In this document: piece after piece, positions 25,938 through 39,165 of the stretch
Numbering within the stretch: the stretch's first letter is position 1
Layout of the letters: the number at the start of each line of letters is the position of its first letter
Assembly (NCBI GenBank): GCA_013265495.1
Contig: MU058451.1
Coordinates: 417,023-481,022 of the forward strand
Reading direction: 5' to 3'
From: Vicugna vicugna
Lineage: Eukaryota
Length of the DNA: 64,000 nt
Position numbers and translations under genes: made by a program
The notes under the pieces: generated by a model
The model's database searches: none
The model's input: only the letters and a program-made list of their open reading frames with translations
What the model was told of the DNA's origin: nothing

Positions 25938-27949
25938 GTCGACAAAACATTAAAATCCTTGACCAAAATTTGCAGCTTTTGCACAGATGTCTGGTATTAT
26001 GTAGGCAAACTCTCTCTGAACTGACTGGCCCTTTTGGCAGCAGAGAGAGTACTTATTACATGCTTCAGGTCAAAAGTGTTTCAAAGTGTAGCTCATGTGT
26101 GCATGGGTAACTTTTTCATAATGAATCAGCAGCACAGAGAATATATATATTTTAGGAACCTTCAATCCATTTTGAAAAAAGTCTGCTATCTTTATTTTTA
26201 GTCATTTCTCAGCCAATTTGACTGTTTCTTGACCTCGAGAGCTTAGCATAAAGTTGTCATTTCATTCAAGTCTTGGTGTTGAGGATTTGTATCCTAGTCA
26301 GGGATTTGTTTTGTCTTTTTCGCTTTAATGAAGACAGCTCTTTCTGGCTGATAATTCTATCAACAGACTGCTCTGAATATTTAAAAGTCATATTAATATG
26401 CCAATATCCCTGACAACAGTCTCATTTAAAATACATTAAGATTTCTCTAAAAGATATTTTTATGATTTTCTAATTATCCTGTTCCTTGGGTCATAGTACT
26501 CCTTTGAGTTCTGTATTAGTGTTTTATTTTCACATGTGCCTTTTTTCTTTTTTTGATTCCTGAAGGCATTATTTATCTAACTAAGTTCAGTGTCATCCCC
26601 AATTGTGTCAGGCCAAATTTTATGGACTTGAATATATATTTATAATTATCTTGGAAATGACCATCCTGAATGTATTTTTCTATTTCTCGACATTCTAAAG
26701 TATGGCTGTCCTTTATCTTCCATCCTATCTGGTTTTCTTTTCATTAGTGCTACTTTGATTATGTCTATTGCATGTCTATTACTATAAACATGTTTCTACT
26801 TCTGTTGCTGAAATAGGAAAAAAAAAAAAAAGAGAGAGAGGAGAGAGGCTCTATCCAAGTCATGCCAAAAAGAGCAATGCAGCTGAATAATTCAATGCCT
26901 GAGTCAATGAGAAATGTGAACTAAGTTTGCGTCTTGCCTCTCACCCACACAACACTGTTCGTCTTGTCCTCTGTGTCCTCCCTGGCTCTGTCGCCAACTT
27001 GCTCGGTTGCTACAGGCAGGACATTAGCTGGGGCTTTGCCTCGGGTTCTTCGCCCTTCAGCCGTAAAAAATTAGACATCCCCACATGGGTGTGAAATAAT
27101 TTGCAAAGGTTCTTTAACATTGTAAATATTAAATATGACTGTCAATTAAGTTGATTTATCTGAAGGAATTGCATTGAAAAACCAGGTGGATGTAAATTTT
27201 TGATTTTTCAAAAAACATATAAACCCACCCTGCATTTGAGGACTGATGACTTTATGCCTTAACAAGGCATTGTAAAACTCATTTTCAGTTTTAGCATCTG
27301 GGTCTATGTGTATTATTTGCTCTTATGAATGTCTTCTTCAGATTTCTTGAGTGTCATTATGCTTGGTGTTCTTACCCAGCTGCAGCTTACGATTTTATAC
27401 CCTAGGTCTTTTTCTGGAGTCTGAACAGGTCTAAGTAGGGCAATCATTAATGAGGTGATCTGCCACTGCTATTCTGGGGTGATACGTTCACGTGATTGCT
27501 ATGGTTTATATGACAGCAAATCTTTGGATAAAAATGAGAAATTACAGCTACTTAGCTAGATATTTGGAAATCTCTAAAGAGTTGTACTCTTTCATCTGAA
27601 GGACTAGAGTGCTGGGCTGTAAAAACAGGAACCTCAGACTTTTGACCTGGTACCCTTCAGATACAGATTTCGCCCTGGCCATGTAGGTTGTGTATATAAA
27701 TAATAAGACATGGGGACATACATGCAAAAACTGTTGAAAGAAATGGCAGAATCATTTCAAACATTTATTTGGCAACTGATGGTTAAATTCAGTCACTAAT
27801 TGGTTGCTTTAAAGCAAGTTGACAAACTTCAACTCTTTCACCTTAGTATTGGCGTAGGCATATCTCAGTGTGCGTAAACTCATGCGGCTGAATTTTAGTG
27901 ACTATTTCCTGATATCTATCAATGATGAGGAAGGTCAGATGCCTCTGCT

Positions 27950-28575
27950 TCTCTCACTTCCCTCATCCAATCCATTAGCACGTTCTCCAGCACTATCTTC
28001 AAAATATATTCTGAATCAAACCACTTCTCACAGTTCCTATGACTTCCACCCTGGCCAAGGCTCCCGTCATCACTTGCCTGGACTATAGTAACAGCCTCTG
28101 GATTGGTTTCTGTCCTTCCAAGCTTGTCTCCCACAGGATCAATTACGCGCCCAGTTGCCTCCCCGCCCCCAGATGCCGGAGTGATCTTTTAAAAATGTAA
28201 CCTGGATCATGTTACTTTTCTGCTCTGAAGCCTCCAGAAGCTTTCCAAAATATTGAGAATACAGGCTGAACGCTAAGACTCTACATGATCTACACCCTGC
28301 GTATCACCCTTCCTCTCTCACCAGCCACACAAGCCTTCCCAGGGTGCCTTCCTGGCCTCCCAGGAAGCCAGTTTGTGTTCTAGGGCTATTGTATCCACTG
28401 CCTGGAGCTCCCTGCCTCATACAGTCCTACATCTCAGGTCTCTTCAATGCCAGCTCCTCAGATAGACCTTCATGGTCTTTTCTCTAAATTAGATTGCCTG
28501 CCCTTTGTCATTCTCAATACCTTGACCTGCTTTATTTTGCTTCATGAGAATTTTCCCTATCTAGATTTATATTAG
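27950..28575 (+). mobile_element. L2a body; its 3' end resumes at about 29200-29350
   Basis: tcttcaaaatatattctgaatc...cacttgcctggactatagtaacagcctc...gtgatcttttaaaaatgtaa...gatcatgttact; terminus ggcacatagtatgtgctcagtaaatat. Confidence 0.8.
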
Positions 28576-28589
28576 ATATACTTTAAAAA

Positions 28590-28695
28590 TTTTTATCTTT
28601 TTATCATTTTTTTTAAAAAATGAAGGCACTGGGGATTGAGCCAAGGACTTTGTGCACGCTAAGCATGCACTCAACCACTGAGCTATTATCCTCCC
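28590..28695 (-). mobile_element. tRNA-derived SINE (Vic-1-like), short form
   Basis: Reverse complement gggaggataatagctcagtggttgagtgcatgcttagcgtgcacaaagtccttggctcaatccccagtgcc plus A-rich tail; TSD tagatatacttt / tagatacacttt. Confidence 0.9.
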
Positions 28696-28729
28696 ATAGA
28701 TACACTTTTTTTTTCCCCATAAAGTTTTA

Positions 28730-29040
28730 TAAAGCTTTCTTGAAAGACATTACAGACAATACAAGTAAATGGAGAGATCTATTTCCACCAATCCTGGATA
28801 TGCCTGGATAGGAATGCTCAATATCATAAAGATGTGACTTCTACCCCAAGTGAATCTATAAATTTAAAGCAATTTCAATCAAAATTCCAACTGCCTTTTT
28901 GAACTTGACAAAACAATACAGTATTACTCTGTAGGAATAAATGGAATGTGTGGTTATTTGGGGATAGAGTAATGGAACAGAACAGAACCAGAAATTGTCC
29001 TATGCATACACAGGGCTTTAGCATATGGGAAAGGTGATAT
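28730..29040 (+). mobile_element. Old L1M ORF2 fragment
   Basis: aagtaaatggagagat...tggataggaatgctcaatatcataaagatg...tctataaatttaaagcaatttcaatcaaaattcca. Confidence 0.75.
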
Positions 29041-29193
29041 TTTTACACAATTTTTAAAGGTTACACTGTCTACAGTTATTACAAAATACTGGCTATGTTC
29101 CCCCTGTTGTATAATACATCCTTATAGCTTATCTTACACCCAATAATTTGTACCTCCCACTCCTCCACCCCTATTTTGTCCCTTACCCCCCCC
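29041..29193 (-). mobile_element. L1MA9-like 3' UTR fragment ending at the G-rich tract
   Basis: tttaaaggttacact...cagttattacaaaatactggctatgttcccc...tttgtacctcccactcctccacccctattttgtcccttacccccccc. Confidence 0.75.
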
Positions 29194-31099
29194 ATATACT
29201 TCTATTTATGGATTGTTATCTCTTTCAGCTACCAGCATACTATCTTCATAAGAGAAGGAATTTTGTTTGTTTTGTGCATTGATGTATCCCAGCACCTAAA
29301 TCAGTCAGGCACATAGTATGTGCTCAGTAAATATCTTTCCACTGAAAAAATGACTCAGGGTTGACTAATAAAGGACCTTTGTTCTCTAGATTTATATCAT
29401 TCCATCATATGGCCCTGGGCTTGCAAAATTATTGTAGAAACCTTTCTTGGAGGCACAACTATCAGCAAATAATGTCTCCTAGACAACCTACTTAAAGAAA
29501 TCTAGATGATATTAGGAGATGGCTGTATTAGAGCATCACCAGTGGATCGGTTACCTGATTTGTTTTCTCCAAAGTGGTGATAATTTCTGCAGGCAACCCA
29601 GACACAGGTCCTGTTGACTTACAGCCTGACTGGTGTTAGATGTGCCATCCTCACATGCCCGCCGTGGAACAGGACTTACACACTTAGTCTGTGTGTTATT
29701 AGGGTCGGTTTTCTTTTCCATCTTGGTTCGCCTCACAAATCATTGAATATTCTGATGCTGTGGTAATTTCCCATGCTCTTAAAAGTATTCACTTCCACAT
29801 TATTGAGGAATGAAAAAGACAGAAGTTGACCCAAAAGGCCTAGCCACCTATGCAGAAACTTCTATGAATACTTGTGGTTAGTCCCATAACAACTATATGC
29901 TGAATTCTTTCCACGTGTCCAATTATGTGGCAAGCACTAAGAAAAAGCAAAAACACAACTGTTCTTTCATTTGATCACCCTTTTTTAGAGCTTTCATGGA
30001 TATCCTCATTTATCTCATTCATAGTCCCTGCTCTCAAGAAGTTTATAATCTATTTGTGGATTATATAAATACATGTAAAATAATTAGAGACTAACGTGAA
30101 AGTGTATAGCTAAAGCCTTGCTTCGCTGGAATAAATGTTATAGTAACTGGGGGCTGGGCAGGCTTGGACTGGGTTGAACTTTTCCGAGAAGGTTCCAGAG
30201 AGAAGTTTAGGGCTGACCCAAAACTTTGGCAGATCTCTCCACTGGACCATTGCTTACATTAACATAAAACATAGTTCATGTACCCAAAGATCTTACAATT
30301 GGGTGGGAAAGTTATAAAGGTAACATTAAAACAAAGCTGAAATGGAAACATAATATGAGAGCAATATAAGCAAAACAAAGAGGGAAAAGAGAACCTTTGA
30401 TCAGGCTATCAAGGAGGGCTTCCTGGAGAAGGGGCCACAAGGATGAGGAACTGTCCTGTGGGCACAATAAATTTATTCAACTGGCAATGACTCAGTGTCA
30501 ATGTGGTTAACATTACCAAAGCATTTTTAGTATGTAGCTACAACAGAAATAACTTCCCAGAGGAGAATGCCTCTTTTAGGTTTACAACGAGCAGTATTAC
30601 CACCATAGGCTGTATCAGGAAGCTACCCAGGAAGGAATTCAAACCTGCCCACAATTAAGCAAGAAGGGTGAATCACACTCAAAATGGAGCAAATAACTCT
30701 GCAGAACTTCACTGATTACTGACAGTTAGCCAAGAAGCTTTTCTCTACTCCCCAAATCCAATAAAACAATACGATTTCCACCTATGAGTACAAAACTTAG
30801 TGCCCAAATAACCAGACTGTTACATTGTTATGGAAATTAATGCAGAATTGAGAAAAGGAGATGTACCAGACAATGTGCTCTCTACATACAGAATCAGAAT
30901 CTTCTTTATTAAGGAAGTGTAATCAATCCCATTTTGAGATGGCAAAACCGAGGCTCAGGAAAGTTAAGTACGCAAACTTCCACAGCTCCTAGGCGGCATC
31001 ACTACTGGTGATGGTCTGTCTGTCTCCATTACCACACGGTGAGTTGCCATAAAGAAAACAAGTGGGAAAGCGGGCTGGGTGGGAGCAGGAAGCCACAGA

Positions 31100-31500
31100 G
31101 CGAAGTTATGCTCCAGCACAATAATCTGCTAGGTGCACGCACAGATGCCATTAGCTGTCAATACAGGCTGCATCACATGCAGCTAATCTTGCTTTTAATT
31201 TTAACAGTGTTTCCACTGTTCACAATAATAACTTGCTTTGACTTGTCAGTTTTCTAAATTGACACTGCTTTATTTACATGAAATGTACACATTAGCAAAG
31301 GAAGCACTTTACCTCAATCCCAAACAAAACACAAAACAAACGTCTCCGAGTCAAGGAAGATTCAGGAGACAGACGCTGGGGCTGGCGAGTTACCCTCGGT
31401 CGGGAACGTTAGCGGACTTAGCCCGGCAGACATGGTAGGCAGAGGCCGGGAGGGGACTTTGGAATAAGAAGGCAAGACAGCACGCGGGCTCTCTTCAGTT
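31100..31500. promoter_or_regulatory. Candidate enhancer or promoter: repeat-free block with TGACA(G)-type motifs followed by a CpG-dense patch
   Basis: About 12 CpG in 31341-31486 against a CpG-poor background; ctgtca/ttgtca/ttgaca and taat motifs in 31145-31265. Confidence 0.4.
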
Positions 31501-34500
31501 ATGCCTCTGTTTAATTTTGCTTGAATTTTGAGATCAAACCATTTGTAAATACATGTTAACAGAAGCACGTTTCAAAGCAAATCTAAGCAATGTTTAAAAT
31601 CGGGCACCATTTTACATGACTCGGGAAGGGTCTTTTTCCACTAAGGCCATTAGCCCAACGTTGGTTAGTGCTTAGCATGCAAACAAAAATATAACATTTC
31701 ATGGTTACTGCCCTGGCCTATTTCAAAAGAGAAGTGGCACTGGATGTGATCATTCAAAGGAATTTCAACAGAGAACACTGCCTCTGCCCCCAGTTTTTCC
31801 TGCATCTTCAGATAGACTGCTTTGAAGTAATTATCTCATATCACTTGTTTGTTGGTTCTTGCTCACGGAACTGGGGGGAGTTCAGGAGGTTGCCCTAGTG
31901 GGGTTAGGGGAGCAGGAGGAACAAGACTTGCGAGCTTGTTCTGGAGGGAAACCTGGGGAGACGGAATTGGCTGGCAGGATGGGTTAGGGCACTGCGAGTG
32001 GGCTGGGGCAACAGGTTCAGCACCACAGGTAACCCTTTCATGGGCCACCTTGGTGACACGAGACTGGGGGCTGTTTTGTTTTTTTTTAGGAGATAAATAT
32101 ATATATATCTGGTTCTTGATGTTGGTACCCACACAGCAGTAGTAACTGTATTGAGACTTACTTATAGACCTAGACAGACTGATCATTGATAGTTTTCAAA
32201 ATCTTAGTAGTATTGCAATATTTCTTCTATCAAGTCTTAGGCCTCTCCTGCCAGTTCTAAAAACCAGAATAAAGACTGTAGGTTGTAAGATATCCTTTAT
32301 GTATTTTTTTTTTTTTACTATTTTCTCTCATTTATTATTTTAACTCAAAGTCACAAAAGAAGACAGAAATACCTCATTCTAATGCAGTGGGACCATGACA
32401 GTGGGTAGCACTTGGGAAATACAAGGAGCATTTACATGGGGATTATATTCCTAGGAAATTTGCTATAAGTGAAAATAAATGTATTAAATACTATTTTTCT
32501 CATAGAAACAGTGCTATAACAGAAGGATGAAGTTCCTGATCTAGGGCCTTATGCCAGCTTCTACCAAATGCAGGACTAAATAAACTATAAATGATATATT
32601 TTAGGTTTCATAGCATAAAGCTTTCTAAAGCAGACATAAATCAATTAAGTAGTGTTACAACTAGTCAATAAACACAAAATCCATTTGATATGATGCAGTC
32701 TCTTTGACCGCATCTTCTTGCCAAATATCATACTGAAGTAACACAACTCGAAGGAACATGCTTATTAGTTTGATGGATTTCAGGATGATTTTCCTGAGGA
32801 GCTTTTGACAAGCACATTGAAGGAAAGTTTGGGGCAGTGATTTGAAGCCATTTTGGAAAAGAGAAAACAAAGTCAGTTTTCTATAGTTCTCTTGTTTTCT
32901 TAGAGTCAATTTTCCTATCATAAAATCAAGGGATTAGAACTAATCACGGCCTGCTAGTGCGTTTGAGGTTGGGATTCACTTCCTCAAAAGGGGAACAAAA
33001 CATATGTTCATGTGAGAAACTGCCTGTTTAAGTGTCAGGAGTTGCAAGGCGAGTGTAATTGGCAGAGGACTGTAAGTGTGAATTGCTACGAGTACAAATC
33101 ACCACAAGGATTGCTTGTGTGACTCGTCCCCCCCTCTCCAATTTATCGCTGAGCAGAAGAAACGGGAACTGGGAAACTTTGATTCTTACAATCCCAGTTA
33201 ATAAACTCAAAACAAGCAGACCCTGAGAGGCCCTGAGACTTCTGGACTAGATCTTACAACCATCCCAGACGTCATCACTCTGAACACTATTTCACAATAA
33301 GAAATCATCAGTTATCCTTTAAGAACCCAGTCTTTGTCGAGGGGAAATGGATCTCTGCTAATACTCCTCCTAATCTTGCAATAAAATAAAATCCTGAATT
33401 TTATGTCAAGCCAGTTTGCGTAACAGGACACAGAGAGCAGTACAATTTGTTCTAATTTGTATAGGGGGAAGAAAAGAGATAAAGGAAACTATTCATTTAA
33501 TTTTGTATTACATCAAAACTGATTTGGGGAAAAGTCACAAATTAGTTCCGTCATTTCTGACAACGTGATTTTTATCAGCGTGGCTAAATGGCGTTGGGGG
33601 GGGCGGGGGGAGATTTTATTTCAAATCTTGGGAAAAGACCTTTGCATCAACATATTCAGCTATCATTGCAGTTATCAGCGTTCCGAATAACTCTCCTATA
33701 GCTGTTTACTTTGTGCAGTACTGGCTCTTTGTCAGTTCCATTTATCCAGTTATTAAAAAGTCCCAGTTATTCCTTTCCTATGTACAACCAACTCCACTAA
33801 AGCTGTGTTTATCTCTGCTTGTTTTCTAATATAATGGAACCAAGGCAGCAAGATGGTCAAGTATGATTTCCCCTTGAAATGGAAACTGCTGTTTACCTGG
33901 TATGTTGCAAAGCAGTAGTCTTGTTTTCTAAAATCACCTAGAACATACTAGAAAGCAAGAAGGTCACAGACCAACCTTTCTGGGATAAAGGCACTGGTCC
34001 ACGTCCAGAATGTGCTCCTCAAGAGACAGACAGGAAGAGTGGTGTCCATAGGCTCTGAAAGTGGAGGAGGGCCACCACGCCGCGAGGCTCTGCTACCTGC
34101 AAAAAAAAACCCCAAAAAAACAAAAAACAAACAGAAAAAAAGGAAGCAAGTAGGGATTGGTGATTCGTTTTGCTTCTTTAGCAAATCCAGTTTTCTCTGG
34201 GCTGTTTCTGTTTTGCCTTTCGTGACAGCTAGTGAATTCCTTTGAAACAAGGAGGCATTTCTTTCCAGAATACCTTTCTCCTCCACTTCTGTTTTCTGAT
34301 CCTCTAAACCCATCCATTGTTGAATTTGACATATCAGAGAATGAGCAGGGGGAAATTGGGTAGAAGCTGCAGATTGTGCGGGGAAAGTGTTGAATGCAGG
34401 AAAACCAGTATGTACGGTGCTTGAAACCCCAGAGTACACGGACTACTGTGGCTGCCAAGAGCAAAGCGGGGAGCTAAAGCCAGCCTTTAAATGGAATGGG

Positions 34501-34679
34501 CCTCAGCCCAGTTCAAAACCTGTGTAAATGTCATCACACTCTGAACAGGAGATAAGTCCTTTAAGCAAAATGGTGAAACCCTTTAAGAGGTACTTGTAAG
34601 ACTCAAACAGAGAGAATGTCTCTCAGGTGACTCCGTAGGGTCCCACCATCTTCCAGACATCCTTAGACATTGACTGTAA

Positions 34680-35175
34680 AGTAATGCTATCCACCATTTA
34701 TTGAGCCCAGCCTAAGCCAGGTTTTCTACATCTCTCGTTCGACTTACATAGCAGTCTTCTTAGTTATGGTCATTGCCTCCTCACGTGGCTGCCTCCAGGC
34801 ACTGCATTCGCGGCAAAGCTGGGATTTGAACCTAGAACTTTATGCTTTTTTCTGCTCCCCAAAGTGATTTCCCTCCAAGGAAGTAATCAGTGAAACTGCT
34901 TTGTAGAGTTCTGTGGTATTTCATAGTTTAGAGCTTTCCTATTCTGCAAAGTCTGGCCAAAATTCAAACCAGAACTCTTCAGCCATGTGGCACAAGCCTG
35001 GGTTTAGCGGTCACTCACTGCCTGCCTCACCGACCCCAGCTGGACTCTCAGTTGCTTTCTTCTGGAAAATGGTGATGATAATAGCTACTTAAAAACTGTT
35101 TTGAGGAACAAATGAAGTAATGTATGTAAAATACTGCCTGGCACATGGTAGGCAAAGCCAGCACTCAATAAATGT
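34680..35175. mobile_element. Two MIR elements in opposite orientation
   Basis: ccatttattgagc...gctgggatttgaacctag and tctcagttgctttcttctggaaaatggtgatgataatag...tgcctggcacatggtagg. Confidence 0.7.
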
Positions 35176-35254
35176 CCCTTATCCTCTTTCCTCATAACTA
35201 CTCACAAACAATAAAAAGTGTTCTCTGTTTGGGCTAATATCATTCCTCTGGCCC

Positions 35255-35471
35255 CTCAGCCCCAATCCAGCCCACAGCTTGTTTTTGTAAATAAAGTTTT
35301 ATTGGCACACAACCATGCCCATTTGTTTACACATGGTCTGTCTACAGCTGCTTTTGGACTACAAGGCAGATATATGTACTTGTGACAGAGACATATGCCT
35401 TATGACATGTGACCCACAGAGCCTAAGATATTGATGATGTGGCCCTTTACAGAAAAAAATGTGCTGACCTC
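35255..35471. mobile_element. MER58A-like hAT-Charlie MITE
   Basis: aatccagcccacagcttgtttttgtaaataaagttttattggcacacaaccatgcccatttgtttac...tggccctttacagaaaaaaatgtgctgacc. Confidence 0.88.
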
Positions 35472-36180
35472 ATCCGTACCATGGTACAAAAATGGTCTCT
35501 CCAAAGATAAGGCCCATCCTGTCACCTCCTGATTTTAAAATATCAGTGGAATCTGAAGTTTTCTATAATACAACCTTAGTTGGCCCATGTCTTGGTACCC
35601 TATCCCATAATTTCACCACCTGGACATCTTAATATTCTCTGAACATGCTAAGATCCTCTCCCATTTCCATGTCTTCCCACATCTTGTCATCTGTATACAA
35701 TACCATTCTCCCTCTGCTTCACAAGATGAGCAATTCTATTATCTGTGAGTTTAATTTTTAAGAATTCAACTCTTCACTCTACAGAGAGACAGGGAGAAAG
35801 AGGACAGTTCTGCTGCCCACTCTACTTCATGATTTTGTGTTTCTGAATGAACATGAGACGGGAGGCTTGAGTCTACTGCTTCCTCAGTCTGCTCAGATCC
35901 ACTGTGCCTCTCATATGTTACTGTCTGTGTCTCACCACAGAGGGTGTCACCCCAGTGTTTAAAGAGAAGTGTTTTTCATACAACAGAGCCAATAAACACA
36001 AGCCAACTCTTCATCTGGTGCTCAAAGTAGAAGTAACAATCTGTTCCTCAACCGGAGGAAAATCTGGCTGTGTTGGGCTTACCAAATACTGGATATCCAG
36101 ATTCTCTGTAGGAAGACGCTGTTCCTTATGGGTGATTTAAGGGTTCACTTTAAACATCACCATTTAGAACCCGAGCCCTA

Positions 36181-36280
36181 GGGGTTGGAGGTATAGCTCA
36201 GTGGTAGAGTGCATGCTTAGCAGGCATGAGGCCCTGGGTTCAGTACCTCCATTAAAAAACAAACAAACAAAAAAACAAAA
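36181..36280 (+). mobile_element. tRNA-derived SINE (Vic-1-like), short form, deletion in B box
   Basis: ggaggtatagctcagtggtagagtgcatgcttagcaggcatgaggccctgggttcagtacctccatt plus (AAAC)n tail. Confidence 0.9.
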
Positions 36281-36686
36281 CCTAAGTGCTAAATAAGACC
36301 CAACTCATTCTTTAAGTCTTCACACTAATGTCCTTTCTTCTCATTTTCTCTGTCATGGAGTCAGTCTTCCTCTGTGCTCCCGTAAATACTTTCCGCTCCC
36401 TGAGTAATTTGTTCATATCTGTATTATAACATTGAACTATAATTATTTATTTAATTTTCAGGCTCTCTCCATTAGGCAATGAGCCATCCAAGAACAAAGG
36501 CATATTTTAGTGATCCAGCACCTGTCTTTCCCAGTACTGAGCCTAAGTATAAACATTTAACAAGAGTTGATGAAATGGATAAGGTCCCACCTCCCACTCG
36601 AGACCACTCCCCTTTCTCTGAAATGATCTATGAACTCCCACTGAACTTTCAGTTAATGCTTATGGTTTAATATTTCAATGAATTTT

Positions 36687-36904
36687 TTTATTGAAGTATA
36701 GTCAATTTATAATGTTGTGTTAGTTTATGGTGTACAGCATAGTGGTAATATACATATATTCCTTTTCATATTCTTTTCATTATAGGCTATTACAGGGTAT
36801 TGAATACAGTTCCCTGTGCTATTCAGTAGGACCTTGTTCATCTACTTTACATACAGTGGTTAGTATCTGCAAATCCTGAACTGCCAATTTATCCCTCCCT
36901 ACCC
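36687..36904 (-). mobile_element. 5'-truncated L1 3' UTR insertion
   Basis: ttgaagtatagtcaatttataatgttgtg...ccaatttatccctccctaccc; TSD tcaatgaatttt (36675-36686) / tcaatgcatttt (36905-36916). Confidence 0.92.
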
Positions 36905-37133
36905 TCAATGCATTTTAATTCTTCCAGTACTCATTTTCTTTTTTCAAGCAATTTAAGATTGTTCAGGGGAGACTCTATAAGCTTACCCTCTTCTGATAAC
37001 AAAATAATATTTGCTAATGGATTGATTGCACATTTGAGTGTGATGTGTTAAGAACAGAAAAAAGCTAATCAAATTAAGTCTTTCCTTGGTCAGAGATTTG
37101 TTTATGCCTGTTTGCCCAAAGTTATAAAGCTAC

Positions 37134-37498
37134 TGCTATAGAGTGAACATTTCTGTCCCCCCTTAAATTCATATACTGAAACCTAATCCCTAATGTTAAT
37201 GGTACTTGGAAGTGTGGCCTTTGGGAGGTGATTAGGCCATGAGGGTGGAGGCCTCATGAATGGAATTAGTTCCATTATAATAGAGACCCCAGAGACCTCC
37301 CTCACCCCTTCCATCATATGAAGACACAGTGAGAAGACGGCCACCTATAAACCAGGGAATGGCCCATCCTAGACATCAAATCGGCCAGTGCCTTGATCTT
37401 GGACTTCTCACTTTCTAGAACTTAAGACATAAATTTTGTTGTTAATAAGCCAGTTTGTCTATGGAATTATGCCACAGCAATCTGAAAAGATTACAACA
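37134..37498 (+). mobile_element. MaLR solo LTR (MLT1A/B-like)
   Basis: tgctatagagtgaa...ggcctttgggaggtgattaggccatgagggtgg...gccttgatcttggacttc...aca. Confidence 0.92.
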
Positions 37499-38689
37499 AG
37501 CCCCCAAAATGGCTCCACTTGAAATAGGGATCATCTCTCCTTATTTCAACAGAGTTATTATTATTCAAAACTGGGTCACACCTACTTTGAGATTATTGTC
37601 TGGAGTTGCTTAATCTGTGTCCTTTGCCTGGAACGTTCTTTCTTGCTGGTGGGTTTCTTTCTCACCAGCTGTGCCCTGTGCAGCTCCCTACCCCTTCATC
37701 AAATGCCCTTTCTTCCATGGTCCAGTTTATCTTTTCTTTGTTAAGAATTTTTTCATTTGTTAAGAATGTAAATTGAAAGTTCCAAAAACATATTTGTCCC
37801 ATGAATGCCAGAGTACCACAGGTATCACCCTAAAGATGGAAAGCAGCTAAGCTAACCTAACCCTGTCCTGAAGTTGCTCTGTGGTGAAAAACATTAAAGA
37901 GGAAGTAACAGATAATTGGTTACTTAAAAGTTAACCAAACTTTAAATAGTCTAGTATGCAAGATATTGATTATTCTGGAGCATTGAAAAGGCACTTGGGT
38001 CTTATTTATGGGGCTCTTCTGAAGACATCAGCCTCTTAGAATTCTAAGCAGTAGTTCTTTTAAAAACAATCATAGTTTATCACACACTTTTGAAACTTTA
38101 CTCCTCATAAGTAATACATTTTAGAAAATATTTTATTTTTCCTTCTCCTACATTGTCAAAAGTGAAATAGAAAGTTCAACCTATAAAATTGTGCTACAAA
38201 GTTTGAGACTAAGAAAAAGGAAGGTCTCTCTCCTGGTGAGTGTCACAGTGAGATGGATGTGTATGTGATTGTTATTTTGGGCCTGGACACTCAGGGCTGA
38301 GTCCATTTAGAGACACCAGGGAACACAGACTTTTGCCTAAAAGCCAAGGAGGAATTAGGGGAGGGGACTAAAGGACTGAAGTAGGAGGTATGGGTTTCCC
38401 CCTTTGTGTCTCCTTTCCCCTTTCCCTTGTTTCATTTATAGATTTTTTTTTTGTCCATCCCTTAATCCTCCCACATTTCTTTCTCTCTTTCACCCACAAA
38501 CCACCAGGATTTGAAACTAAAAAGACTTTAAAAAAATTACTGGCAACAATTATTTTTAAAACACTGTGTATTTTCTGATCCTTTTTCCTTCATTCCTCTA
38601 ATTTTTGTTGCTCCTTTTGATTTTTAAAGAAAAAGTATTCCAGTCTTCTTTGTTTACTATTTTTAAATGGTCCAAATGAATCAATAGCT

Positions 38690-39165
38690 TGAAAATGTAC
38701 TCTTCTTTGACCCTGAAACCTTACTTCCAGGAATTTGTATTAAGGAAATAGTTAAATGTGTGTGTGAGAACAATTGTATAAGACTGTTTATTCTGGAACT
38801 GTTCACCGTATTGAAAAGTTTGTATACAACCTATGTGTACAGTAATGCTGATTAAATAAATGTAGGGATGCCCATGCAATTAAATGTTATGCAGCCATTA
38901 AAGCTCATTTTGTAGATAAATATTTATTCCCATAAAATATATTTATGCTATATAGTTAAGTGATAAAAGTAGTTTACCAAATGATGTGTATCATGGTCTC
39001 TGTTTTACATAAGTATATATTACACACACATATATATATAAAGAAGAAAACACTGGAAGAATAAGCATGATAGAAATTCAATACATTGTATGGTGGTTAT
39101 CTCTGGTGATGTGATTAGGTGATTTTTCTTGTTTACACGTAATTTCTAGTTTTTCTATAATTAGA
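38690..39165 (+). mobile_element. L1ME-type 3' end
   Basis: ttctttgaccctgaaaccttacttccaggaatttgt...tatgcagccattaaa...gtggttatctctgg. Confidence 0.7.

Noticed and set aside
29555..29586. Possible 32-nt minus-strand exon (EIITTLEKTNQ) among three donor-like sites
   Set aside because: Only moderate acceptor, unrecognised peptide; motifs of this strength are common in introns.
33948..34464. Overlapping 163-aa and 123-aa minus-strand ORFs
   Set aside because: They run through an A-rich simple repeat giving F/L-rich low-complexity translation; no known family.
36181..36255. tRNA-like sequences here and at 22098, 28695, 42650 and 43282
   Set aside because: A-rich tails, TSDs and disrupted stems or boxes show these are SINEs, not tRNA genes.
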